Virus record (IMG/VR): IMGVR_UViG_3300011335_000433
Coordinates: 1 to 53,208 of that record
Source: a virus
Taxonomy: Duplodnaviria > Caudoviricetes
Length of the DNA stretch: 53,208 nucleotides
Reading direction: 5' to 3' (one strand)
Each line of letters starts with the position of its first letter. Within the stretch, counting starts at the first letter, position 1. The notes under the pieces are model-generated. The model did no database searches. It saw only the letters and a program-made list of their open reading frames with translations, and was not told the DNA's origin. The position numbers and the translations under genes are program-made. Shown here piece by piece: positions 18,066 through 26,495 of this stretch.

Positions 18066-19286
18066 TTAAAACGCCCCGCCAAGGACGCCAGCAGGCACCA
18101 AAAGCCCGGTGGTTGTAAAGGTGGCCGCGTTGACCCCGGCGACAGCAATTGCAAATTGACTGCTTGCCGGTAGGTATAAGCCGGTGGAAGCGTCACCCAC
18201 AAAAGACAGTGACGGGTTTGGTGCAGAACCGTTGCCGATGGTCAATGCATTGATGAAGCTCGATGTTGAACTTTGGGCGTTGTAGACGTTGGTGCCATCG
18301 CAAATCGCAATGATCGTTTGACCCTGGGGCAGAATGATGCTCGAGGCCCCCATGGAGCCCGTTTTAAAGGTCAGCGTGAACGCCCCTGTGGTGTTGTTTT
18401 GCAAGCTGTAAAGCTGAACCGTAGGTGGCAGGATCACGTCACAGTTGGAGGTCAGGACGCCTTGATACTCCTGTATGATGCTTGACGCCTCAGCAGAGGT
18501 CAATGTCACCGTCCCGCCAGTGACGTTTTTGGTCAACTGGGTGAAGAAAAACGTGGCCGACCTGCCGTAGGCATAGCTGAAGTAATTGGTGCCGTTGGAG
18601 GCCACCACAAACGACTCGTCAATTTGGAGTTGTGCGCTGGCATTTCCGTCAATGGTGTTGGCCCCATTTGTGGCAATGTTCAGGATGCCGGTGCCATCGT
18701 TTTTGACGATCACATACCAGCTTGCACCGACAGCCGAAGCGGCTGGCAGTGTCAAAGTTCCTGCGCCACTTGACCACACATACATCGAAGCTCGGTCATC
18801 GGGCAAAAATGTGTAATTGGAATAAGACAGCGTCACGGGCACACTGCTGTTCAACGTGGTGTTGATTGCGGTTAAACCGAACCCGGCCAAGGTGGCGGCA
18901 TTTGCCTGCGACACACCGGCACCAAAGGTCACCGATGCCCACACCCCGTTTTGTGTGGAATTGTTGGTCAGGTAAATGTATTGAGCAATTCCCGATGCAA
19001 CGCTGACCACAGTGGCCAATGCAGGATTGGTCACCGTGAATGCGAAGGTTCCGGTGTTCCTGATCAACACCGATTGTCCGGTGGATACTTCTGTTGCCGA
19101 TGGAAGAATAAGCTTCAAACTGCCAACGGTGGCCGACACATCAATGATGTTGGCCACAACACTTGAGGTGTTGCCGTTGACTGGCCACTGCAAGGTGGTA
19201 TTGGCGGATATGGTCAGGCTCTCATAGCCCACCTGGGATGGGCTGATGGTCTGGCCCGTGTATGGATTCGTGTAGCTTATGGTCAT
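18066..19286 (-). CDS. tail protein
   Basis: Thr/Ser-rich beta protein ending GGAF. Confidence 0.65.
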   Translation of the reverse strand: MTISYTNPYTGQTISPSQVGYESLTISANTTLQWPVNGNTSSVVANIIDVSATVGSLKLILPSATEVSTGQSVLIRNTGTFAFTVTNPALATVVSVASGIAQYIYLTNNSTQNGVWASVTFGAGVSQANAATLAGFGLTAINTTLNSSVPVTLSYSNYTFLPDDRASMYVWSSGAGTLTLPAASAVGASWYVIVKNDGTGILNIATNGANTIDGNASAQLQIDESFVVASNGTNYFSYAYGRSATFFFTQLTKNVTGGTVTLTSAEASSIIQEYQGVLTSNCDVILPPTVQLYSLQNNTTGAFTLTFKTGSMGASSIILPQGQTIIAICDGTNVYNAQSSTSSFINALTIGNGSAPNPSLSFVGDASTGLYLPASSQFAIAVAGVNAATFTTTGLLVPAGVLGGAF

Positions 19287-19288
19287 GA

Positions 19289-19921
19289 TTAGGAGTCCAC
19301 GGCGATGGCCTGACGATCACCGACTCGCGCCACATCTTCGACCTTCAAAGAGGTGATGGCTTCGGTGTACTTTTGCTGAAAAACCTGCCGTGCATCATTC
19401 TTGAGGAATGGCATGGCCTGGAGCAACGTCCCATAAAGCATGGCATTGGGGGCGTTTTGAGTCAGCCAGTTGGTCTGGTTTGTTGAACTCAGGGGGGCGA
19501 TGCGCTCGTAGTACAGCACTTCAAAGTTGTATGCCTGACTGGGGGTGGGGGCCACATACCAGTGCTCATAGTCCGTGTCGGCATAGTATTGAGGCAGACC
19601 GGTTTGCGATTCATTGGGCCAGAAGTTGCGCAGGTACTCATACTTGCGCAAATAAACAGGCTGGGTGGAAGTGCCGGTATCTATGGTCATGGACACCGTT
19701 TTGCGCCAGCGTGCAGGCTTCACAATCACCGGGTTGTTGGGGTTCATGGCCGCATTTGCGACCTGCAACTGACCCAATGTCTTGATCTCCTGCGCGATCT
19801 CAAATTCGCACAGGGTGATAAAGGTCGGAATGGCGTTTACAACGGCGGCATCTTGGCGCTCCAAATACTGAAGGACAGTGGAGGTCAGGCTGTCATATGT
19901 CATCACCCAGGACGGCGTCAT
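19289..19921 (-). CDS. head-tail adaptor / tail tubular protein
   Basis: APTP...NWLTQNAPNAMLYGTL pattern of podovirus adaptor proteins. Confidence 0.7.
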   Translation of the reverse strand: MTPSWVMTYDSLTSTVLQYLERQDAAVVNAIPTFITLCEFEIAQEIKTLGQLQVANAAMNPNNPVIVKPARWRKTVSMTIDTGTSTQPVYLRKYEYLRNFWPNESQTGLPQYYADTDYEHWYVAPTPSQAYNFEVLYYERIAPLSSTNQTNWLTQNAPNAMLYGTLLQAMPFLKNDARQVFQQKYTEAITSLKVEDVARVGDRQAIAVDS

Positions 19922-19979
19922 TTCATTCCTTTCGGTTCGGTGCAATTGTCACACCAGATGGTAAGTACATCAAGTGCGC

Positions 19980-20456
19980 TCAACTTAGGAACAAAGCACG
20001 TTCATCGATGCGGCGATTCTGCAAGCCTTTGAGGATTTTGCCCCCGCCCATGCAGTATTTCAGGAATTCCTCACCAGCGCCCGTTTTATCGCCCCGAAGA
20101 AGCTTTTGACGAAGCGTCGAACGCTGGAGTGTTCCAAGACCGACATTGAAACTAAAGCTAACAAGGCTATCATACATACCTTGTGTAAGGGGAACGGGGC
20201 AGAACTGAGCCACTCCACGCTCAAACCTTGCAAGATCAAACTTGAGAAGTCCATCTACCTCGTCCTTTGTCCATACACGATTGTCTTCCGGGCGTAAAAG
20301 AAACTCGTCACGATTTTCGACCTTGAGTTTTCCTTGCTCGGGGTACATCACATGGCCCACACCAATTGTCCAAAGCTTTGCAGGGCATTTGTAGGGTTTA
20401 TACCTAATACCCTCGTGGTGCTGGATCATGGCTATTGCCTTAGGGCTGACATTCAT
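19980..20456 (-). CDS. endolysin, GH24 phage lysozyme
   Basis: HEG...WTIGVGH, SFSFNVG, GLQNRRIDE. Confidence 0.92.
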   Translation of the reverse strand: MNVSPKAIAMIQHHEGIRYKPYKCPAKLWTIGVGHVMYPEQGKLKVENRDEFLLRPEDNRVWTKDEVDGLLKFDLARFERGVAQFCPVPLTQGMYDSLVSFSFNVGLGTLQRSTLRQKLLRGDKTGAGEEFLKYCMGGGKILKGLQNRRIDERALFLS

Positions 20457-20971
20457 TTGCCAAACGCCCTGCCACCGAAGTGAAACGCAATAATCGAAGC
20501 GAACAGAGCCTGGGTTTCATCATCCCACAGTTGGTTTGCCATTTCCGCAAAGCTCACACTGCTGTTGAAGCCGTGCCAGATCAGGGCGCAGTCAATGCCC
20601 ACCAGAAGCAGGAAGAAGCCGTAGGTGATGACTGGCCGTACCGATGCCCTCAGATTCTTCATCCAGACGCTTGTACCCTCGTTTAAAGCCGTGTCGTGGG
20701 CGTATATGGCCTGCATCTCAGCCTGTTGAGCGCCAATCAGGGCTTGCTTCTCACTGGACTTGGTTTCCATCTCCAACTGCTCTGACTTGATGTGTTCGAC
20801 CCGCTCCTGGGCCTCAAAGCCCAGTTTTCGCATCTCCAACTCCCGCTGAATCTGAAGCTGGGCCAGGGCCATCTCGTGCTTCTTGTCGGCTCGGTCTTGG
20901 AAGAACTCCAGCAACTTGGGCAAGCCGCCCATCAGGAAAGAAATCAGGGTTGAAAACAGGGTCAGCATCAA
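20453..20971 (-). CDS. holin (3-TM, gene-transfer-agent-release type)
   Basis: LRASVRPVITY and FHFGGR motifs; TM segments; adjacent to the lysozyme. Confidence 0.75.
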   Translation of the reverse strand: MMLTLFSTLISFLMGGLPKLLEFFQDRADKKHEMALAQLQIQRELEMRKLGFEAQERVEHIKSEQLEMETKSSEKQALIGAQQAEMQAIYAHDTALNEGTSVWMKNLRASVRPVITYGFFLLLVGIDCALIWHGFNSSVSFAEMANQLWDDETQALFASIIAFHFGGRAFGK

Positions 20972-21585
20972 GGGCTCCTTTTGGTAAGCATGGTGGCGGC
21001 GATCTCCATCATGGAGACTGTTCCGCTCAGGTCTTCAGGTTCACTCTTGAACCCAACGGTAATTTGTCCAACGAACCGGGATAGCTCTGGTGGGACTGAT
21101 GTTCGGCAAGTGAAGGCAACGCCTTGTGCCGTGTACCACAGGCCAACTTCGGATTGTGGTTTGAGGTATTCACCACACGGGGTTTCGTTTGCCATGAGCT
21201 TGATGACATCGTGGTTGTTTGCCGCATTGGAAGTAAATAAGCCAACATCAATCCCTTCAACAGATTTATCCCGCCCCTCCCTGGTGTACGCCCGGTGAAG
21301 CACCCGACTGCCAAACAAGGGGTTGACCTTGAACACCGCCACCACAGTCGCTGGTGTCTGCTTGAACAGCATCCCAGCCGCATCCTCGACCCGCTCCTCA
21401 TTGATGGATGGGAGCTTCTGATTCTCCCTGTATGCCCCGATCAAAAACTCTTGGTTGCTGTAGACGAAGTACCCAGCAAAAGCCACCACACCCATCACCA
21501 GGATGGCGATCAGCTTGAATGGGCTGTCCACATAGGCCAGCACCTTGCTCAAGGCGTCATCTGGGTTCGGCTTCTCGTTTGGCAT
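20968..21585 (-). CDS. membrane-anchored protein in the lysis region
   Basis: N-terminal TM helix followed by a soluble domain. Confidence 0.7.
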   Translation of the reverse strand: MPNEKPNPDDALSKVLAYVDSPFKLIAILVMGVVAFAGYFVYSNQEFLIGAYRENQKLPSINEERVEDAAGMLFKQTPATVVAVFKVNPLFGSRVLHRAYTREGRDKSVEGIDVGLFTSNAANNHDVIKLMANETPCGEYLKPQSEVGLWYTAQGVAFTCRTSVPPELSRFVGQITVGFKSEPEDLSGTVSMMEIAATMLTKRSP

Positions 21586-21862
21586 CTTCTTCAACCTGCT
21601 TCCTGAGCTTTTCCACCTTCTCCATTTGGGCCTTGGCTTCTCGCTTCACTACCATCGTGTCCACATACAGCATACCGACTAAAGGGAGAACCAACACAAA
21701 GACCAGCGCAAACAGGACTAAGACAAAAAGGTATCCAAACGACCCCGATGATGAAGACTGATTATCCACAGTAGGCATATCAGGTAACCGATTACGAAAG
21801 CCACCACCGCCGTTTCCAAAGCCCTGTCCACTATCTGATTTTTTAACCTTTGTCGCTGCCAT
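21557..21862 (-). CDS. single-TM protein with coiled coil, overlapping the upstream gene
   Basis: YLFVLVLFALVFVLVLPLVGMLY TM segment; start uncertain. Confidence 0.55.
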   Translation of the reverse strand: MAATKVKKSDSGQGFGNGGGGFRNRLPDMPTVDNQSSSSGSFGYLFVLVLFALVFVLVLPLVGMLYVDTMVVKREAKAQMEKVEKLRKQVEEDAKREAEPR

Positions 21863-22287
21863 GCTTTCACCCGCTTTTCGTGCAATTCACGAGCCGCTTG
21901 CTCCGATTTTTGATCCAACAGCCGTTGATACTCTTCAACGATTTCCCGCCAGAGATCGGGCATCCCCATCTCCCAGCGCACCATTCTCTCAAGATCGGCA
22001 TAGAACTGCTTGGTCTGCCGCAGATACATCACATTGTCTATGGCTTGTGTGGCAAGGTCGTCTTTGATCCCCTTTTTCCTGTTGTCTTCCCGTTGAACTT
22101 CAGCTTTTTCATGGCTGGTTTCCAGTTCCGCTTGGCCCTTGAAGAAGTTTGACAGCGCACCGCCCACTTCCGTGGTGATCTTTGTCAGATCATTGCCAGT
22201 CTTCTTCAAATCTTGATAAACGGCAACGCACCCCTTGATGCCTTCATAGGCTGATTTGCAGAGCGCGAATGCCGTGATGGGGTCAAT
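21718..22287 (-). CDS. coiled-coil membrane protein (xDPIT N-terminus), probable ATT start
   Basis: Long ORF with C-terminal TM; the only start-like in-frame codon right after the upstream stop is ATT. Confidence 0.65.
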   Translation of the reverse strand: MDPITAFALCKSAYEGIKGCVAVYQDLKKTGNDLTKITTEVGGALSNFFKGQAELETSHEKAEVQREDNRKKGIKDDLATQAIDNVMYLRQTKQFYADLERMVRWEMGMPDLWREIVEEYQRLLDQKSEQAARELHEKRVKAWQRQRLKNQIVDRALETAVVAFVIGYLICLLWIISLHHRGRLDTFLS

Positions 22288-22288
22288 G

Positions 22289-22486
22289 TCATATCCCCAG
22301 GATCTTTTTGACGAACTCGCCAGCCACCCCTGGGCCAAACAGCACGGCCACGATCAAGATGTAGAGCAATGTCTCAATCTTGGTCATGCGCTCAGACCCC
22401 TTGCTCAAAGAGTCAGAAATGAATTTCATCCTCTCTGTGCAAATGGCCTCATGCACCGCCAGCTTGGTTTCGGTGCTGTCAGACAT
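22289..22486 (-). CDS. small coiled-coil plus TM protein (lysis region)
   Basis: LAVHEAICTER motif plus C-terminal TM. Confidence 0.7.
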   Translation of the reverse strand: MSDSTETKLAVHEAICTERMKFISDSLSKGSERMTKIETLLYILIVAVLFGPGVAGEFVKKILGI

Positions 22487-22746
22487 TAAGCACCAATGCT
22501 TTCAGCTTGTGCCGCCACTTGTGCTTGATACGCTGCAATGACTTCAGCAGTCCAGGCCACATTGCAGATTGCAACGACATTGGCAGGGATGCCCGTCAGG
22601 TCTTGGCCGGGGGTGAGGCTTGAGCGGTGGAAGGTCTTGCTCAGTTCGTTGCCGTCTTCCATGATGCGAGTGGCTTCACGGTACAGAACGATACCGCTCT
22701 CGGTAACGGTGATGGAATCGATAACAGTTGATTTGGTTAATGCCAT
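22486..22746 (-). CDS. tail-fibre-associated small protein
   Basis: AAGGAG RBS; FHR...VVAICNVAWT pattern; follows the fibre genes. Confidence 0.7.
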   Translation of the reverse strand: MALTKSTVIDSITVTESGIVLYREATRIMEDGNELSKTFHRSSLTPGQDLTGIPANVVAICNVAWTAEVIAAYQAQVAAQAESIGA

Positions 22747-22756
22747 GATTTACTCC

Positions 22757-23218
22757 TTATGCGTGTTGAGCCGTGTAGCCTTTGTGGGCGTACTTTCCGT
22801 TGATTGTTTGATGCAGGGTTGATTTTGTCAGCCCGTGTTGTCGGCAAAACTCTGCCATGTTGAACACCTCAAGCAAATTTCCCTCTGGCGTTGTAATGAT
22901 GAAGCGTTTTGCAACTTCATTACGCACACGAAAATTTCTGGTGTAATTCCTGCGATTGCTCATTTGCTGACTTGGCGTTGCCCAACGCAGATTGCCAGCT
23001 TCATAATGACCATCATTGTCAATACGATCTAGCGTCATTCCCTCTGGTCTTGGCCCAACAAACTCAAAAAACTCGTTAAAGTTGTTAAACATAAATTTAA
23101 TGCCACGACCGCCATGCGTATACCAACGCACTGAATTAGGGTTTGTGCAACGCTGTTTTGCGTCTTGATAAGCCCGATACTCAGGTGTTTTGCTTACGGT
23201 GGTTTTGGTGAGTGACAT
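22757..23218 (-). CDS. HNH (homing) endonuclease
   Basis: RCTNPN...GGRGI...RPEGMTLDRIDNDGHYEAGNLRWAT; AT-richer than the flanks. Confidence 0.85.
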   Translation of the reverse strand: MSLTKTTVSKTPEYRAYQDAKQRCTNPNSVRWYTHGGRGIKFMFNNFNEFFEFVGPRPEGMTLDRIDNDGHYEAGNLRWATPSQQMSNRRNYTRNFRVRNEVAKRFIITTPEGNLLEVFNMAEFCRQHGLTKSTLHQTINGKYAHKGYTAQHA

Positions 23219-23263
23219 GGTGTGTTCCTTTGTTTGATTAAACTATTTTCATCTGCTAGTAGG

Positions 23264-24208
23264 TTAAATTTTGTAGCAAAGCGAACCAGTAAAATATTTG
23301 ACAGTTGCGCTTGTGGTTACATTTGTTCCAATAGTGAGGCCGTTCCATGTTGTGCTAGACCCGACTTGATTTGGAGAAATAACTGAAGCCGATATTGTTC
23401 CAACAAGGTATGTTTTTCCTGCGGTAAGAGATACATTTTCAATTTTCATTGGGCCATCTCCATTACCGCTCCCCGTAAAGGGTAATCCTCTGATATAAAA
23501 AGCATTTGAGCCGCCAGTAAATGTCGTAAAGCTCAAAAAGAACTCTACAAAAACACGATTTCCAATCTTTGTATATGTACCTTCTTGTGTGCTATAAGAA
23601 ACACTAGTTGGGTCTGAGCCAGAACCCCCAATAGTTGGTGTCCAAGTCCCCTCCTCATAATCATCTAGCGTGTTTGCGTCAGTTGATGCTGATTGAGTTG
23701 CGGGGAAGGTGATGCCTACGCCGTTTGCTGATGTTGATGCCCCGTAAAGTGCAAGAGCGCCAGTTGAACTAAGGGTCATTAAATCTACCGAATCCGCAGG
23801 GTCTGTAAATTTCAATCCAGACGATGTTGACCCCATCTTGATGTAGCTGTAAGGCGCACCAGCACTGTATCTACCAATTTGGAATTTTGAGGATGAGTCG
23901 GGCGTAATGCTAATGCCGCCAGCAACAGTGAGTTTGCCATAAGTGGCAGAAACAGTGCCCGTATTGACGGTTAAATTTGTACCATCGTAGGTCAACGCAC
24001 TACCCGTAGTCAGCACCTTTGAGCCATTGAGATAGGCAACGCCGTTGGCTGTGCCACCTGTGACTGTGGGTGAGTTTGTGAACGATACCGCTTGGCTTGC
24101 GTCAATAGAGATCGCCGTAGTCCCAGCAGTTTGGATGTTTAACACGCCCGAAGTGTCGGCAGTTGTGACTACCCCGGCGGTCAGTGACGCATTTATAGAT
24201 GAGGCCAT
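23264..24208 (-). CDS. tail fibre protein
   Basis: ANTLDDYEEGTWTP...YTKIGNRV...GLPF fibre-tip motif. Confidence 0.75.
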   Translation of the reverse strand: MASSINASLTAGVVTTADTSGVLNIQTAGTTAISIDASQAVSFTNSPTVTGGTANGVAYLNGSKVLTTGSALTYDGTNLTVNTGTVSATYGKLTVAGGISITPDSSSKFQIGRYSAGAPYSYIKMGSTSSGLKFTDPADSVDLMTLSSTGALALYGASTSANGVGITFPATQSASTDANTLDDYEEGTWTPTIGGSGSDPTSVSYSTQEGTYTKIGNRVFVEFFLSFTTFTGGSNAFYIRGLPFTGSGNGDGPMKIENVSLTAGKTYLVGTISASVISPNQVGSSTTWNGLTIGTNVTTSATVKYFTGSLCYKI

Positions 24209-24378
24209 TATGCGGCTCCTTGTTCGTCTGCTGGTTCAGGCGTGTTGCCCTCTTCCAGCCATTTCAGATATGCTTGGTAGTCTGTGTTGTCGGGGGCAAA
24301 TGGGATATAAGCGTTGTCGGCAAGACGCTTAACGCTTAACGCAGTCTCAGACAAATGGTTTTTAATTAACTTGTACAT
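24208..24378 (-). CDS. 56-aa tail-fibre-associated protein
   Basis: Hand translation ...IPFAPDNTDYQAYLKWLEEGNTPEPAD; TAATG coupling. Confidence 0.75.
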   Translation of the reverse strand: MYKLIKNHLSETALSVKRLADNAYIPFAPDNTDYQAYLKWLEEGNTPEPADEQGAA

Positions 24379-24380
24379 TT

Positions 24381-25604
24381 TTACAACTCCGCGCTAAATA
24401 AAATTCTGGTGGCAATGCTGTTGCTACTTTGAACTTTTCCAAATGTTCCGGCAGTAAGCCCAGTACCTACAAAATAATATGCACCAACTGTTGTTGTGCC
24501 TTCCGGATTTCCACCCGCCATGTTTGCGCTTGCGGTACTAATATTTCCCGTGCCCCTATAAAACATAAAGTCTCCAGAACCCGGAAAACTCACTGTTGGT
24601 ATTGCTCTCATTGTGACGGGCAAATCTACAGTTGCGCTAACATTGGTTGTAGCGTAAGCCGCTCCATAGCCATAGTTTGAATAATAATCCCCCGAATTAC
24701 CAAACATTACTGCATACCGCTGGCACATAATCAACTCACGCCCATAGTCACGGTAGTCAAACGATGTTGCTGTTGCGCCTTTTTCCAACTGGACACCTGT
24801 GATGTAAAAGGTGGCTCCGTTTGTGCCGACAACGCTGGTTGCGCCTGTGACAGAAGTATAGACAGGGGAAGTCCATGCGCCAGCCGTGCCTTGATAGCTA
24901 GACCCACAGCCAAGGTCAATGTACAACCGAATACCCGCACCATTTGTCTTCACCCATGTTCCTGATGTATCGCCAGGAATAGTGATGGATTTTTGTTCCC
25001 ATGTATTAGCAGAATTGATGGTGTAAGAAAATGGGTAAGCCCTGTTATAAGCCTCATTTACCAAAGAACCACCAAACAATCCCGTCAAAGAACTTCTAAC
25101 CCAAAACGACAAAGTAACTGTGGAAGCACCAGCCGCACCAAAGCCCAAGTCTGCGGTGTTGTAACCTTCTATATTTTGAAGAATAACAAATACATTAGTT
25201 GAACCAGACGAATATGCTGACAATGAAGTGATGCCAAGGTAATTCGCAAACCCTGATGGCGGTGTTACAGAACCTGCATTTTGTTGTGCTGTATATTTTG
25301 ATGCAACATCAGCATAAACTTGCATCCTATCAACCCCAAAAGTCGTAGCTGTTGGAGACACACTCGCCCCAGCATTCCTCTGGTCAATCACCATCGCACC
25401 ATTAATGATGCGGTTCTTGAAGCCGTAGTAGCCCGTTGTAGTGCCAGTGCCACCAGCAGATTCAGCAAGCACCCCAGTGGCAGTGGGCAACACAGCCATC
25501 GTCCCCGATGCTGACGGCAAAGTCACAGTCACAGTACCAGCCACTGCTGGTGCGCTCAGGGTCACAGAACCGCTAGTGTCCCCTTGTATTACAACACTTG
25601 ACAT
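24381..25604 (-). CDS. tail fibre/spike with carbohydrate-binding-like domain
   Basis: FKNRIINGAMVIDQR...TGVQLEKG...ELIMCQRY pattern. Confidence 0.75.
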   Translation of the reverse strand: MSSVVIQGDTSGSVTLSAPAVAGTVTVTLPSASGTMAVLPTATGVLAESAGGTGTTTGYYGFKNRIINGAMVIDQRNAGASVSPTATTFGVDRMQVYADVASKYTAQQNAGSVTPPSGFANYLGITSLSAYSSGSTNVFVILQNIEGYNTADLGFGAAGASTVTLSFWVRSSLTGLFGGSLVNEAYNRAYPFSYTINSANTWEQKSITIPGDTSGTWVKTNGAGIRLYIDLGCGSSYQGTAGAWTSPVYTSVTGATSVVGTNGATFYITGVQLEKGATATSFDYRDYGRELIMCQRYAVMFGNSGDYYSNYGYGAAYATTNVSATVDLPVTMRAIPTVSFPGSGDFMFYRGTGNISTASANMAGGNPEGTTTVGAYYFVGTGLTAGTFGKVQSSNSIATRILFSAEL

Positions 25605-25619
25605 ATTAAATCCTTTGTA

Positions 25620-26486
25620 TCACAAAACGACCCAGCGTGAGCCGCTGGAAACAGTAACCGCCTGACCGCTTGCCACGGTGATCGGCCCTGCCGATGAGCC
25701 TGAGAACCCTGCCGCAATGGTGTAGCTGGTAGCCACTGTTTGGCTGTTTACCACAATCCCGTTGGATGCAACAGGAACCCTTGATTTAAGTTCACCCGTG
25801 TTTGGTTTGTACAAAAGAAACGCATTGCCCGTAAACAGCGTTGATGCCGTTCCAGTTGTAGCGTTTGCAAACAACGGATAGACATCGGTTGCCGTGCTTG
25901 TGTCGTTGCTTAAAGCCGCACCACCCACAGAAGCCCATGCAGTTCCGTTGTAGCCTTCAAATTCAGTTGTGGTGGTGTTGAAGCGAAGCATTCCACTTGC
26001 CGCAGTTGGCCGCTGACCCGTGGTTCCTTTGCTGATTGTCAATGCACCAGTTGAACTGAAGGTGGAGTCCGTGGTGGCCGTCAAAGCGCCAGTGATCGCC
26101 AGAGTCGATCCGTTCCAAGCCAAGTTGGCACTGTCACTGAGCAAGCCAGATGCGCCAGCAAAGGTCACTCGACCAGATGTCAGGGCGGTGTTTTTGATGC
26201 TGTTGGCGGTAAGGAATGTCCCATCCCAGGTCAGGCCAGATGCTCCGCCCAAAACGCCGTTGTTGTTGAATTGAACCTGAGTGTTTGATCCGCCGATGGT
26301 GCCGGTTCCCTTGGTGGCCAGCACTTGCACGGTTCCGCCACTGTCCTTGTAGAACATCTTGCCATCTGCGGCATTGATGGCTACCTCAACGCCGCTTGCG
26401 CTGGTCGTCAGGTTTCCAGCCAACGGTACGTTGGTAGCTGTGGTGCTACCGTAGAGCAGTATGGGCGTGTAGCCGGTTTGTGCCAT
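25620..26486 (-). CDS. tail fibre protein
   Basis: N-terminal EVAINAADGKMFYKD; internal GMLRFNTT...FEGYNG module. Confidence 0.75.
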   Translation of the reverse strand: MAQTGYTPILLYGSTTATNVPLAGNLTTSASGVEVAINAADGKMFYKDSGGTVQVLATKGTGTIGGSNTQVQFNNNGVLGGASGLTWDGTFLTANSIKNTALTSGRVTFAGASGLLSDSANLAWNGSTLAITGALTATTDSTFSSTGALTISKGTTGQRPTAASGMLRFNTTTTEFEGYNGTAWASVGGAALSNDTSTATDVYPLFANATTGTASTLFTGNAFLLYKPNTGELKSRVPVASNGIVVNSQTVATSYTIAAGFSGSSAGPITVASGQAVTVSSGSRWVVL

Positions 26487-26495
26487 GTTTCTTCC

